Origin: Podospora anserina
Lineage: Eukaryota
Reading direction: 5' to 3'
Assembly: GCA_017654855.1 (NCBI GenBank)
Contig: CM030333.1
Location: 1,550,001-1,614,000 of the forward strand
DNA: 64,000 bases
Part shown: piece after piece, positions 45,555-60,008 of the stretch
Position numbering within the stretch: position 1 is the first letter of the stretch
How the letters are laid out: each line of letters starts with the position of its first letter
Notes under the pieces: generated by a model
Told to the model about the DNA's origin: nothing
Seen by the model: the letters and a program-made list of their open reading frames with translations, nothing else
Databases searched by the model: none
Program-made: the position numbers and the translations under genes

Positions 45555-48278
45555 TGGGTTTCATTTCCATTGCTAGTTTGCTTGTGCCTGTGATCTTTAT
45601 TGTTTAGAGTCTTTTAATATCTAGTTTATGCTGCCTGGTTGTACTTTTGTTGGTTTGTTTTACATTCCCATAGCCCCTTTTTTGTGGGTCCCTCTCTCTA
45701 CTCAGGGGGTGATTTTTGGGGGGTTGTTGCTGGGCAGTGCGAACTGCACAATAGAAAGCTGTTCAAGGTACTTTCCAAATGGAGGTTGAATGAAGGGTAG
45801 TAAACAGTAGTGTAGAATAACTGATCGTGATCCTTCGGGTCTGTTTGCTTTTTGGCCGCTTGGCCAGGTCAAAGCTTGCCAGCAGAGATATATTCGAAGA
45901 AAATACTACAGCGTGTCTCTTTTATTGATTTGATGACCCCGCTGTGTTCTTGTCCACATGACGAGGTGAAAAATTCGAATCCTGATACCATGTTTGCCAC
46001 TAGTGCTCATCTGAAGCCATGCCGTGAGGCTTGTTTGCAGACATAAGAGAGGCGCTATCAGATGACATTCTCAAGCTTCCTCGGTCTATTTCTCATCCGA
46101 TTTTGTTGAGCTTTTACGGCTAAGTTGGAGGATTTAGTTGGGCTGGAGAGGGTGTTTTCTTTTGGCGGGGGGGGCGATAGATTTCTTTTGTCTGGTGGGA
46201 TTGGGATGCTCCTTTTTTTGGTAGGACTTGTTTTGACTGGCCGGCCAGTTTTGTTTACATCACCCCTTTTTTCTGCTGAGCGGAATTTCAGGGGTGATTT
46301 CGGTGAGTTGTCGGCAGGGTGATGGTGATTTGTGCAGGCTGCTGGACAGATGAGGAGGCAATAAAGAGTACAGGGATTAGAGCATTGAGTGCACACCGTC
46401 TTATGATTATAGGCCTATCAGTACTTATTGCTTTGTGTTGTGTGACGACGGCGATGTCAGCTCTAATGACCTAGCTCCCAAATGCTTAATTTTGTCAGCC
46501 GCTTTCTCTTATCTCTAAATTTCAAGGGCTCATAAGGTTATAGTTATGCGTTGATGTACATCAAGGTTATGTCGTGGTTGTGAAAGCACCGAGTGTTATC
46601 TTCAAGTACGAGTTCCAAACTTCCCCATGAGTAGACAAAGACATCTTTCTGGCCAGTCGGTCCTCCCTCATAGAGATTAGATCTATTCAGGCTTACTTTC
46701 ATCACAATGTTATAGGCAAGCTTGAAGTTGACAAAGTTTCCCTTCCAACTTAACAACCCTACAAGACTCCACTTGTTGATCCCTTGTCTCTCGTGCTACC
46801 CTCGTGGCTTGCGGTATTTCTGGTGGTTCAAGGTCATTCTGTCGCCGATGTTCAGATGCTAAGTCATTTCAAGCCATCAGACTGGATTGCTATGTCATGC
46901 TATTACACCAAATGGTCCGATTACCAATTTCACTCGTTTGCTTTGTTTCAGGAGGTAAGGTGACGTGGTTATTGTCTTCAGACGGTGTAGCCTCAGTGGC
47001 TCACTCTTCCAACATCCGATATTCTTCTTATATTTGTGGCTATAAGAGGCCCATTCGGCAGCCTCTCTGTAATCTACATCATTGTATCCAACAGCCGTCT
47101 TCAGAATCACCCAACTTTCATGATCCCGTCATCTTCGCATGTTCGTCGAGGTCTCGGTCGTTGTTGGTTCGAGTACACCCCTAAAAGTCTTTCTACGACG
47201 GCTGTTAGCCATGCCCAACTGAACTTGTGTTTCTTTCTGGACTGATAGAGGTTTTGTTGATGAAGATGTCGTGGACTGGCTGTTGGGTAATCCCTTAGTC
47301 CAGTGAACTTCAAAAGCAAAGAACCGCCAACAACAATCAGAAGAACCACCAACAACAACCAGTGATCATTTCAGAAACAGGGAGGACTGGCACACGCGTT
47401 GATAAAGGGAGCAAACACCCTTGTCCCTTGACACCATTCTTCATGTGGGTGTTGTTGCTGTTAGTGGCTTGATATTTGTGGTGGACGCCACTGATGCTTG
47501 GCTTCAGGTGGGTGGAAGAGGATCGGGTGACTATACCGAGTTGTCAACGGGTGTGGTGTGTCGAATTCATGTTCAGCAGGGTCGTTTAGGCCTTTGGTGG
47601 ATCTTTCATGAGGTGTACTGATTACTGGGGAGCAACTCCAAAGCCTCCCATGACAAACCTCGATCACAAAATCAACACATCCAAAAACACAAACAAATCC
47701 ACTCGAATCAACATCAATATGTCAAATCTACCATAAATACACCCTCCCCCTTCCCTCCTCCCATCCCCTCCTTCAACACCAACACACAAATTTCCCCCAT
47801 AAATACCAAAAAACCCAAATTACAACCGACAAGACAACAAAACTCCAAACACACACACAGACACATACCCACACACACCACCATCAGACAGACAGAATAG
47901 TATCAACACCAAAAGACAACCGTCGCCTGAGTTCGACGTATCGGGTATCATCGACCAACAGTAGAAAGACAAGAGGAGCATACAAATAATGCCAGAAAAA
48001 AAAACACAATAAACATTAAAAGCAGAAAAAAGATTCCACTGCAAAACTCCTTTTTGACCCGTCCACCCTTCCTTCCCTCTTAACCCCCCACCCTTCCCGG
48101 AAAACGTATGTACAGTATATGCATACAAAGATGATTGCGAGAAACGAGAAGCATGTCCCAGTTTGATGCCGGAAATTTGCGCGGAAAATCACCGAGTATA
48201 TAAGGGTTGTATTATTTTCGAACTGGGGGTGTAGTATTCGAACAAGTAGAAAACCGTGATCGTCTTTCGAAGTCTCCG

Positions 48279-49187
48279 TTATATCATCCCTGGTGGCGCG
48301 CTTGGCTCGCCCTGCTCTGTCCTCGCTGGCGGCTGCGAGCCCGTGCTTGATGCTGGGTTCTTGTTGCTCGAATTAAGCCCTCGTTTCATCATCTTCCCCA
48401 AAACGGTCACTAGTTCACAGGCATCGTTGAACATGTCGTTGTCGATTCCTTCCGTGGCGTCATAGACCTGGGCGACTGTCTCCTTGGCCAATTTTCGACT
48501 TCCTTCGAAATCGTGGACACATTCGTATAAAAAGGCAGCATACTCTGTCTTGACGGACAGGCGTAATGAATGTGAGCCCCACAAGATCTTGTCGGCAAGT
48601 TCGGCAGCCTCCTTGAAGTACTGATGGGCTATTGGTAAATAATCGCCGGGCTTGAGAAGGAACGCTGATGGTGACTCAGGACCAAAGCCTGGTGGTGGCC
48701 CAACCGGTCCTCCTTCAAAATTTCGGCTTGGTTTTGCGCTTGATGGAGCACCGCCGTCATCCGCCGCGACTCCCTTGCCCTTGTCCAGTCGTGATTGTGG
48801 TGTATTCTGGGGGTCGGGTGTGTTGACGCCCATCGAAGATACCGGGGGCGTGTTGTGGAATAGGACGAAAATGTGGTAGAAGGAAGCACGCAGCTTGTAT
48901 GCGAGCACCTTGAGTTCGGTATAGGCTCCCACCATGGGCACCACATACTGCTCCAGCAACACCAATCCTTCTCGAGAGAGCCATATTATGTGAAATGACA
49001 GATCCAGTTGGGCTGATGTGGGGGTTCCATCCGGCCGTCGTTGTTTCTTGGCCTTGACAAGCTGATGTGAAAGGTTGATGGAGAGTCCCAGGATCTTGTA
49101 CAGGACGGAAGCAAGCAGGGGGTTTTCGTGCTCGACGGCCTTGGCGGCCTTGCCGAGAAACTTTTGATCAACTTCGGAGGACGCCAT
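48279..49187 (-). CDS. Atypical 14-3-3-like protein
   Basis: LKVLAYKLRASFYH and LWGSHSLRLSVKTEYAAFLYECVHD..SRKLAKET resemble the 14-3-3 HPIRLGLALNFSVFYYE region. Confidence 0.8.
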   Translation of the reverse strand: MASSEVDQKFLGKAAKAVEHENPLLASVLYKILGLSINLSHQLVKAKKQRRPDGTPTSAQLDLSFHIIWLSREGLVLLEQYVVPMVGAYTELKVLAYKLRASFYHIFVLFHNTPPVSSMGVNTPDPQNTPQSRLDKGKGVAADDGGAPSSAKPSRNFEGGPVGPPPGFGPESPSAFLLKPGDYLPIAHQYFKEAAELADKILWGSHSLRLSVKTEYAAFLYECVHDFEGSRKLAKETVAQVYDATEGIDNDMFNDACELVTVLGKMMKRGLNSSNKNPASSTGSQPPARTEQGEPSAPPGMI

Positions 49188-50510
49188 GAAGCCAGACGGA
49201 GGAGAATGGGTCTGTGACCTCTTGCCCTGTTAAGAGAACGCAAAGCAGAGGAAGAGCCCGGCTACGGTGAAGCTATGCAATGGGTTGGTGCAACCGAGGT
49301 GTAAAGAACAAGTAATGCAGGGCCGGTCCTATAAGAAAACCGAGAGTGCGGGTGACTGGTGGTTGCTTGGGGCTGATCGTATTCTGCATCAAAAGTCGAA
49401 AAGCATCCGAAACGGGAGGGGCTACTTGGTCTGTGTTTAGTATAGTCAAAGAGGCTCTTGATCCGGCCTCGCCGTGGAGCCACAATCAAGCGCCACGAGC
49501 CGCAGTCCGAGGAATGGCTCCGTTTTAATTACAGAAAGGACTGTAAAGTTGGCATGAGAATCGGGTGTCGGATGTTGAGCATGACGATTGGAGGAGTACT
49601 GACCAATATGATACAGCGAAAGCGGGCAGCCTCCCAAAGCGCAATTTGTACAAGTTGAACAGCGAATCGGCAGCCTCGTGAAACAGGCAAGACAATCCGT
49701 CGTTAGGAGCGAGAGGACAGGAGGAAGAGTCGAGGCTGGGAGTCAGAGGCGGTGGTGGTGAGTGTGCGGTTTGCGAGACTGGGCATGGCGACGACGTCCG
49801 GGTCTCGATGGCATGTGTCGTTTACCCGCAATGGCAGATGTCAAATCCTCCCCAGGTTCTGCAGCTGCGGCAGCGGGAGCGGGAGAGACCGCAGCAGATC
49901 CAGCAGCAACGAGCGGCAGCAGCACAAACGCAGACGCCGTTGGACGTTGAGGGGATCCCCGTATCGGTGGACCAGGGGCAGAGCGGTCAAACCGGCGACC
50001 CAGAACTGGCGATGACGGCCCCGTAAAATCAAGGCGAGAGCACACTTGGGGGCTGGGGAGGTCGAGGTGCCAGATGTGGAGTGTCTTTGAAACCCCTGGA
50101 GCCGTGATAAGTGGTAGCGTCGCTTCAGATGGCCAGCTCCGGGAGCCAAGTCGAGAACGGGAGCCGCGGTGGAGTCAAGGGCCGGGCGCGGCGGAAGTCG
50201 AAGTGAGGTCAAGAAGCTGAAGTTCACGATGGGATTTGAGGTCGCAGACGAGGTGAAAGGTGAAAATACCAGGTCGGCTGCGGGCTCATGCAGGGTGAGG
50301 TCGGGAAAGTAAACAAGGGGGGTTTTGAGCCCCGCGTAAGCAGGATTTCGAATGTGAGTGTGGGCGGCGGCAATCTAGCCAAGAGTGGACGAGGGCAAAA
50401 GCGCAAGATGCATAACCGGGGGTTGGGATCTTGTCTTGTTTCTTGTGCCTTGTGTTTTGTCTCTTGTCTCCTCTTGTTCTCGAAGCGCTGGAGCAAAAGA
50501 GAGGAAGGTA

Positions 50511-50512
<2 letters not shown>

Positions 50513-50546
<34 letters not shown>
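50513..50546. repeat. (AGC)n microsatellite
   Basis: About 11 agc units. Confidence 0.9.
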
Positions 50547-50549
<3 letters not shown>

Positions 50550-53467
50550 AACAACGAGGGTCCAGTCTCCTGCATGAACGAGTGGACCTGCCTTGGACGC
50601 GATGCGATGCGATGGCGGCTTGCTTCGATGGGATGACGCAGATGCAGACGCACCGACAGCTGCAACGTCAGGGCAGGGAAGAAAAAAGAGCGACTTGGGA
50701 CGAAGGGGGGCCCTTCAAATGAGCGACTGATGAACGAGAGAGGAAAAGGAGGGAAAGGGAGAGAAGGCAGAGAGAGCAGCAGGCCCAAATGAGTGACGGA
50801 CAAGGCGTGGTTCGAGATGCAGGATGTTTCTGCAAGGTGAGTTGTCCACCGCCTCCTCTCTGATGATACGCTGATACGGCGACCAGAAGACGCGCTGCTG
50901 CTGGGCCCTGGGTCCTTAGACGCGGTTCTGTGGGGGGGAGGAATACGGTCGGAGAGCCGCAGGCGCCGGCAATCAAGCGCCGGTCGTGTATCAGGAGCCT
51001 TCAATGGCAAAAAGAACGGACGACACACGGACGAGATCCGAAGTCGAAAAAAAGACGGCGGTGATTTGACTGGTACCGAACATATCAAACAGCAAGATCG
51101 AAGGCGGGGGCAAGGGGTTATGAGGGTTGGTGTCCCTTGGGGGTAGTTTCTGTTAGTATCACCTGCAAATCTCCTGCCATTCACTAACATATCTGCATTG
51201 TTTCATAATTCCCACCACCCAAAAGCGGCTGAGTGAGACAGAGCGACGTCCCGATTTTCATTGTGTCTCGGGAACCACGTTCTCGTCGAATATTTTTATT
51301 CTCAAGTAACATTGGCCTCACACGATTGGTCTTCGGTTGCACATACACCTCGTGCTCGTCTTCGTTTTACACTACAACCAGGATTCAACATCTCGAACTG
51401 GACTGGTGATGTAATCACAGGATCCCTTCCCCGCAATCATGGCAGCATCGATGGCATACTCGTCTCTGCTCAATTGAGCACAAGACAGATATCAAATCAA
51501 TCAATTGGACTCCCAGCCACCTCCATTTTTTCTGACGACAACAACAACAACAACAACACACAAAATCAACGCGGTCCAGCAACCAGCATCGAAAAAAGAA
51601 GAGCCAAGACCTGGCCTGGGCATCTGCGGCCACCCCTCACTGCTCACCACCTACCACTCAATGGCCAGCATCGCCATCTTTACACAACAGCATGGTACTC
51701 CTGACAGCTCAGCGCTGGCTCCCGCTGGCCTCGAAATCGCCCGTCTCCGCACCACTTTCGTTTGCCTCATCAGAAGAAACTGGCGGTGAAGATGGATCAG
51801 GCCCCTCGCTCAACCTCCATGGACCACGGCCCGACTGGAATTGGTATCCAAAACAGCATCTTTAATCAGCTCCAGCTCCAACAGTAGCTGATAACCGGTC
51901 GTCCATCAGGGACACCCTCGGTTTATCGACCGTCGTTCGGCCCCCAACCACACCCAACACGAGCCGCACCCGTTTTGGGACGCTCAGCAGTACGTATAAC
52001 GCTCCGATCGACCTCGATTGCTTCACTGCTCCGTTACACTGCGTCGTACTGGCTGGGCCCTGCAGCCCTATAAAAGCCCGCCGTGGGAAAGAGCCGTCTC
52101 TTGTGTTTCGAGTCCCAATATTCCCGGCCGACGTTCGGGTAACAAAACCAGGTTGACGAGAAGAGCCTCCTTTTTTGGCTACTAATCATCTATCACCGAT
52201 TCCCCATACTTTGGGGTCCCGAAGGCGGGAGGCGGTCAGACGTGTGAGTGAGTGTTGCACAGCTGCAACCTCAGGTTCTAGGAGCATTCCTATCTCGAAA
52301 GCCGCACAAGATCAAGTGATCGAGTCCGAGACTAAGGAGCCTGCGACTCGGGGGCAGAGCCATCTACTGCTACCGGGGGCCGCTCGCCGTTCGGTCGGGT
52401 TCCGTGTTTCCATTGGACCGTACGGCACGGCCCAAAGACGGGGAATAACCACTTGCTTATGCCGGCCATGTTGCGGTGTGGAGTCGACGTTGGTGAGATA
52501 ACCCTTCCCCCCGAGTTCCCCTTTCCGGCAGCTTCCATGGCCTCATCATGCCTTTCAGCCTCTGAGGCGCCGGTGAGAACTTTCAGACTGGCTGTGTTGG
52601 GAGGGAGGTAATGGGGTTGCCGTCGTCCTATGAAAGACTCGAGGTGCCCAGCCTGCAAGGCAGCTGAGGCTGCACCTATCCTCCCCGATGCATACCACCT
52701 CGTGCTGCATGGATGAAAAGGTTCCAGCGAGTCAGCGTCGGGGCCCGGTTAGATTGCGGCAGAGAAAGAGAGGCATACGCAACACGATCTGCCATCTGCA
52801 GAACACACACCATTTTTCCCACCGCCGAGCTGAGAGCCGAAGCTGCAAGCAAGCAAAACGTGGTAGTAGTAGTAGTCAGCCCTCTCCGAAGCCAGGAACA
52901 AAAGCTGGATGGGGCCTGCCCTTTGAGGCGATCTGCACGACTTGTCTTGCTGCGCATATGAGGCGGGAACCATCTCGCCACTGGCTCTTCAGCTGGTTTA
53001 TCCCCATTTTGTCTGTCCCATCCCACCGCAACACTGCCAGTCCCGATATTCCGGTTTGTGGTTGCCTAGGCTTTGGACTCGATGTGGGATGTTATACGAA
53101 GAAGGTGAGTTGGAAAGTTGCCAAAAGGTCAGGTCTCATCTATATCATCTCACTTTTATTCCTGCATACCCTACATTCCATTTTGTGATAGTAGTTTAAA
53201 ATAGAAACAAGGCGTTCTTTCTTTCTTTCTCTCTCTTACTTTAAGTTTATGTGTCCCCTGTTCCTTCCTATCCCATCCAAAGACTTCACCTCTCTCATCA
53301 CCAGACACGGAGTACGCACAATATATTCTCTCTCTCTCTCTCTCTCCATCTCTCTCCACCTCGGGCCAACCTTAACTTGACTTTGCCTCAACCCTCATCC
53401 CGCGGACATCCCACGGCCACAACTACCATACATCATATCTGCATCATACCACATACAGAGACACAAG

Positions 53468-53671
53468 ATGTGTAAATACTACGCCCACGCCTTCCTCTGC
53501 AAGCACATCACCTTCTCGTTTGCCACCTTTTGCGACCCGGCCAGCATGATCCAGACCCGCTGCGGGGAGAGGTCGATATGGCAGACGATCCGCATGGAGG
53601 AGTACTGTGACGACTGCAAGGCTTATTACCCAGCACCGTCGTCGTCGGCTCACTCGTCAAGGCGGCGATAA
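53468..53671 (+). CDS. Small (67 aa) intact Cys/His protein, MC-x8-C.H...C...C...CxxC
   Basis: ACAAGATGTGT start context; MCKYYAHAFLCKH...FCDPA...RC...YCDDC; C/G-ending codons; long flanking UTR-like DNA. Confidence 0.7.
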   Translation: MCKYYAHAFLCKHITFSFATFCDPASMIQTRCGERSIWQTIRMEEYCDDCKAYYPAPSSSAHSSRRR

Positions 53672-54775
53672 ATCACTACCACAAAAAGGAAACTAGGGGT
53701 CACTGTACCGCATGAATGATAATTTGAAACTACCTTATGAACAACACAAAAGCAACGCCAGTACGAGACGACATGAGCATGGTATGAGGACAAGACAAAG
53801 ACACACGACTATGACGAGTACGAATTAGACGACGACGATGACAACGACCGGCAGATATTCTTTTATTATGGGCGGTGGGCATTAGCGACAGGGTATTGCC
53901 TAGACTTTTTTCTTTTTCTTTTACCGACACCGGGAACATATACGAACGTTATGATTGGGATGTTATGATACGAGTTTCTTCATGAGATGGGTTATGACAG
54001 AATGGGAAATTTGCTGTATGATAGGACACTTGGGACTCCTCTCCAACCCTGGTGGTTGAAGGGGGGGAGTATGATGATCATCATTATTATAAAGTTTACA
54101 CAACAAATATTTTTTCATATATCCCTTTGCCTAAGCTTTTTTTTTTCTTTCTTTTTTTGGTTGGTATGTTTACAGTGGGCAGGGCCACTGTTGAGCGTAT
54201 CTTGAGTGCCCGGGGTTTTCCTGTGGTTTTCTCTTCTTCTTCTTCATTGACATCATATCCCTTTGTCTTCACGTCTGATTCCCGTGGAGACCCAACACGA
54301 ATATACCTCCCGCAGAAACCTCACACACTCAGCATCAACAAAAACAATTGACGACGACTCATCCCTCCCCCCACAATCACTAATCCCACACACCACTCAC
54401 CTTACCCGACAGCCCGGATATCACCCCTTCCCGAAACTCAGCCATAACACGTCGTGCTTGCTGCACAGGTTGTACTGACCTCGCATTTCTTCTCCAACAC
54501 GAGCAGGTGCTACAGTAATCACCATTCCTAGCAGCTCAAACCCCAACCCACAAAATATCACGTCAGAACTTAGACATCGCAGTGTGGTGTGATGTCCCCG
54601 ATGTTCTTCTGCACGACATAACCGACCACATCACAAAGAAAAAGAAAAAAATCGCTTAGTCTATCTACCAAACGACAAACCTCCTTTACCCTCCCATCTC
54701 TACCCCTCTCCCCCTCCCCTCCTCCTCTCATCCCCTCATCCCACCCCAGATCAGTCCTTATGGCACACACACAGA

Positions 54776-54875
<100 letters not shown>

Positions 54876-55052
54876 TCCATCCTCTCACAAATCCAAGGGG
54901 GTATATAAAAAATAAAATTACATCTCCTTCTTCCTCCCCCAAAACACACCCAAAAAATAACACATAAAAAAAAACCAACGCCTATACAGAGGTAACCACC
55001 CAAACCAAACCTCCGCCCCCCAAAAAAAAAACAAAAAAAAACAAACCCTGCC

Positions 55053-58000
55053 CTACCCTACCACCCTCACACCCCCATTCCCCATCGACCCAACCCCCCT
55101 CCCACCCCCCACCTTCCTCCTCCTACTCGCCAAACCCATCTTCGACTCCATCATCATCATCCCACCCCCCAACCCCCCAAACCCATCCCCCAACCCCACA
55201 TCAAAATGCTCATGCCCCACGCTGACAACCTTGACCACATTCCCCAGCGCAACAGCAACGCTCATGTTGCCAAACTTGACCATCGGCCCAACCTCCGAAA
55301 TCATGAGCTGCTGCTGATCATTCAGCAGCCCGTCTTCCTCATCCAACAGCCTCGTCTCAAATCCGCATGTACTTTCCGGATGATTCATCACCCACGCCTC
55401 CCACCTCGTCGTTTCAGGCGGATTATGATGGTGGCCGCCATTGGCAGCTTGCTGTTGCTGCTGCTGCTGCTGCTGACTTCCCACCACCCCTCGTCTCTTC
55501 CGCATCATCATCCCACCCGTGTTATTGTTGGAGAGCGACCGTGGTCGGTTTGTCGTCGGTGGGCTTTGCTTCCTTCTAACCCCAAGAATATTCCCACCCG
55601 GAAGAGCCTCCCACACGCCCGGGTTGGGAATCCTTCTCTTCCTCTCCGTGAGCTCCCCCAGCCGTCTGTGGCCGCTGCTTCTCGGATCTGAAGGGCAGTA
55701 CGATACAAGATTATCGTCTTCCTTTTCCGGGAGATAAGTTTGGATGACTAGATCCCCCGTTTTTGTGCTGACGTATGATAAAGTAAGTGACGTGAGATTT
55801 GGCTGATGAGCCCTCATCTGCGGTATGTGCTTCAACGTCCGCGGTTGCATGACCTCGGTCGAAAAGGTGCGAAGGATGGTGGACGACTCGAGATCCACGA
55901 GGTCGACTGATCGAGACCGCCCGATCAAATACGCAGACAAGGCCGGGATGGGAAGGACGCAGTGGACGTCCCTGGCTTCTCGCTCGCCAAAGTTGACTTC
56001 GGTCGAGACCCATTCGTTCCCCTGCTGCCTAACCAGGTGAACGCAGCTCTTGCGAGAGGCTGTGAGGATGGCTATTGGTGGGTGGTGGTTATTGTTGAAT
56101 GAGTGAGCTGTGTTGGTCAGCAAAAAAAAAAAAAAAACCAGGGTTCACGAGAGGTGTTGGTAAAACTCACATTTATCTGGAAACTGTACCGCCCAGACGA
56201 GTGGTGTTTTGCAGATGGTGAAATCTCTCGACTCGTCGACTTCCAGTTCCATCTCCAGTCCCATTCCGTTCCTCCTCACCAGCACCAACGTCGGCGTTGT
56301 ACCCGCCCCTTTGTGGCAGAAAAACAACGCTTCTGGCTTATGTCCGCCCAAGTCAATGTCTCTCGTCCCGGCCCACTGCTGTTCCTCCAGATTCCACAAA
56401 AACACCCTTTGCCACGACACCAAAGCCAACCATTTGGACCCATAGTCGATGGCCATGCTCAGCACCGGGAAAGGATTCTCCAAAGGGCATTCGTGATCCG
56501 AGGCGACCCTGTGCCCGGACCCTATTGGCACGTCCCAAACCTGAATAGCGCGATCAAGACCAACCGACACCAGCGAACCACCCGGTGACGCAGCCATCAT
56601 GACAACATCCAGCTTGTGGCCCTTGGTCAAAGATTTGACAGAAATCAACGGCTCATCGTCCGGATGCTCCGACCCCAAATTTTCATACTCGTCCCGGAGA
56701 AGATACTTTGTACCCAACAGTATAGCCGCAAACACTAGCATTAATAACACGACGAAATTGGGCACTTCGTGATGCAAAAAGTCGTACACGGCAGGTAGAA
56801 ACATGGGCTCTCGGGTGCGAGGGACGCGGTCGGAGCCCTTCAAGACGAAAATGATGGGATCGTACACGCGAGCCACGTAGCTGTGAGCCCATGGCTTGAC
56901 GACGTTGATAACTTCCCGAGCCGTCTCGTGGTCTTGAAGGCGGAGCCATGAGGTCGGGCTTCTGGCCTGGTGAATATCAATCAGCAACGGCGGCTTCGGA
57001 GCGCTTCTAACGGTCCTGTTCCATGGCAAGCTGAAGAGTTGGCTCAGCCACTGCCGGTTGCCTTCTGTCGCATAGTGAGACTGTGCCGTGAGCACAAAGC
57101 AGATGACGACAATGGTTCCGGCAATCCTCGTCGACACTGCGGTTTCGCCAACACGGAGTTGGCTGACCAGTTCCATCCAGGCTGACTTGTTTTTGTCTTT
57201 TTCGGAAGACTTGGTGCGCGACAAGAAGGCCTTCTCCAACTCGAGCAGTTCCCTTTGCCTGACATCGACGCTGAGGACAGACAGCAAAAATGTTGACAGG
57301 TAGATGAAGTCAAACACGGTCGCAATCGCAACAAAGGTGCAAAAGGCGGCAACACCCGGGTTCGAATACCGTGATAAACCCAACAATATCAGCAGGTTTT
57401 GCACTCGGTTGGCGATGGCGATGTGTGCTGTCTCTCCGAAGGCCTCCCCTATCCTGTCACTGTTGCTGATGGTGGAGGACGTCATAATGACGGCGTTGAT
57501 CAGCCGCAACGAGTTCTCCAGACTGATGGCAAGAACCACCAGCGGGTAGGCGTACGAAGGCACCCGAGAAAGATCAATCTTGAATATGGCGCAAACCGTG
57601 AAGCTCGACACGATGGACGCGGTGATCTGAACGAGTATCGAGACCATGAGCCCTAGCTTGGATTTGAGGGCGCGAAGCTTCCTGAGATGAAGCAACAGGT
57701 AGAACAGCGAGATGGAATAGGCCACCGTCAAAAGTCCCACATCAGGCCACGACAAGGGTCGAAACTGAAACTCATACAGCTGATCCGAAAGGCTCCTGCC
57801 GTCCGAAGGGATGATTTTCCACGTATCGCTGCGCTCATTTGCCAGCTCCTCAGCTCTTCTCACCCATCGTCGGCCAACCGGCGAGTCCCGGAGGTGAATC
57901 AGAGTGATGACCAGGGCATCGGCAGCGACGAGACGGCGCTCTTCGAACCGCTTGCCGCTGAACACAATCGAGTGTCGCAGGGTGACATTGACAGACGTCG

Positions 58001-58674
58001 ACTGAGTTTTCCTGGCATTGACCGTCTCGAGAATGTCCTGGTCGTTTTGGATATTACCTGCTGAGCCGGCCCAATACTGGAGTGGCGAGTGAAAGAACCA
58101 CGACTGGTTGGTGAGGCCGTTGATGATATGATAGGCATCTCGCTGGCCGGGAGTCAGGTCACCATCGGCGACTTCGGGCTCGGATATCTCGGGCCTGTTT
58201 GCTGGTTGGCGGGGGTTGAAGTTGGTGGTCGGTCCCAAAAGCTCATCCTGAAGTTCGAGTGCGCCCAGTAAGACATCTTTCTCGAGAGCCTTCATATAGC
58301 TCCCGTGGACCCAAATTGAGCGCATTATCACATCAGGCTCAACGTCCAACTCAAGAGGCTGAGCGTCAGTCCACACATGGTGTGGGAGGTTGGACACGCC
58401 GCTGGTAATGTTGGTGACATCGGTGGTGTAGAGGAAGGGGAAAATATACAAAAACATGAAAATCAAGGCCGTCGAAGACGGCAGGACAATTTTGACATGG
58501 CTTGCAGCCCATTTTGCATAAAGTTGGAAGGCGACCCGCAGTGGATGTTCTGGTGCGAGCTTAGGGGCATCCGTCGTCCTACGGCTTGTCAACATACTGC
58601 CCGAACGTCTCAGCAATAACATGGAAAGAAACCAGCACATACCCTCGGAAGGGGTAGAGAAAATACCACAGCAT
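55053..58674 (-). CDS. SCAP: SREBP cleavage-activating protein (sterol-sensing domain plus WD40); introns ~58642-58579 and 56170-56108
   Basis: MLWYFLYPFRG|TT start; sterol-sensing transmembrane helices (PLVVLAISLEN...RIGEAFGE...FCTFVAIATVFDF); WD repeat GHKLDV...LVSVGLDRAIQVWD. Confidence 0.88.
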
Positions 58675-60008
58675 AGTCGCAGATCGTTAGGGGGTGGGGG
58701 GTGGCGGCCAGTGATGAAGATGGAACCCGTCTGCGGTCCTCCCAGTCCCTGCCAGCAGGAGACCCTGGATCCTTGGGAGTGCGGGAGTTGAAGTGAGCCG
58801 GCCCGTGAGAGTAGGGGAGTTGAAGGCTATGGGCGACCGGTCATTATTGATTGAGACTCTGGGAACAGGAAGTGACGTGCCGAGGGTGAGGTAAGCTGTG
58901 TTGTGTTGTTGGCCCGTTCCCCTTCCACTCACTACCAGGCACGAATGAGCGGGCCGAGGGCTCTTGATCGGTTACAGTACGCAATAGCAATGCACAACGG
59001 TGGATTGAACGCTGCGGGACAACGGACATGTAGCTTTCTGACCGGGCCGAGAGGTTAGTGATGAGCGTTTGCTAGTGAGGGGGGGAGCCGTAGATCTGCA
59101 AGCTCTGCAAGCTTCCTGTGACGAACTGGAGCTGGAGCTGGAGCTGGAGCTGGTGGTGTCGTGGTGTTTCTTTAAGTAGGTGATCCGTGCTCCTCAGCGG
59201 ATGCAGCTCCGGCAGGCAATCTTTGCCTCGAGCGCGGCGAGTGGTTGAGATCGGGGCACTTGAGAGCAGTTGTTGAATGAAATGAATGGACCCGGGATGG
59301 AATGAGGTGTTCTGATGTGCTCTTCTGTGTGTGTTGCTTCTGCTGAGGTGTGGGGGCGGCTCGTTGCTGGGATGAGTGAGTGGATGTTCTGTTCTGCGGT
59401 GATGGGCTCCCGACCCCGTGCGATGGGGAATTCCAAGAATTCGATTTTGAGGCACACCGGTCTCTCAGCTGCTTGGCGTCCTCCCTGGCTCCAATTAATA
59501 AAGATATCCCCATCAAGTACACACTGTGTTCGGCACTGGACGGGAAGCTACACTAAGTACCTTTCAGGGAACGTGATACCGTATCCTTAGATAGCCCTTA
59601 GATAGGACCCCTAATAATTATCGCCCGCAAAAAGATACCAAGCTTTCAATAGAGGGAGGGTGAGAGATGTCTCTCTTCTGAGAAAAAAGGCTTGGAAGAC
59701 GTAATGCCGATGCTACATCGGGAAAGGGCCGAAGGGTCCCCACAGCGCCCGATACCCGTCCTTGATTTTCACCGTCGACCGACAGCTTCTGTGGGTCGAA
59801 ATCGTCGATTCGGTCCCAAAAAAGCGAAAGCTGAAGACACTTTTGGGAGGTTGGAGTTGACCATTATCCCGCTAACGATTGGCCTGTGGGTTTTACCTCT
59901 TTTGCGTCCCCATCGCCGCCGCCGGCAGGTTTTTGAAGACGTTTTTCGTTGGAGAGGCGTGACAGGTAATTATTGATGCAAGGGCAATTGTATCAAGTAG
60001 AATAATTC

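Noticed and set aside
46058..46900. CTQCSNPC... and CG...FCRRC fragments as further Cys-rich relics
   Set aside because: No ATG context or complete motif; could be chance.
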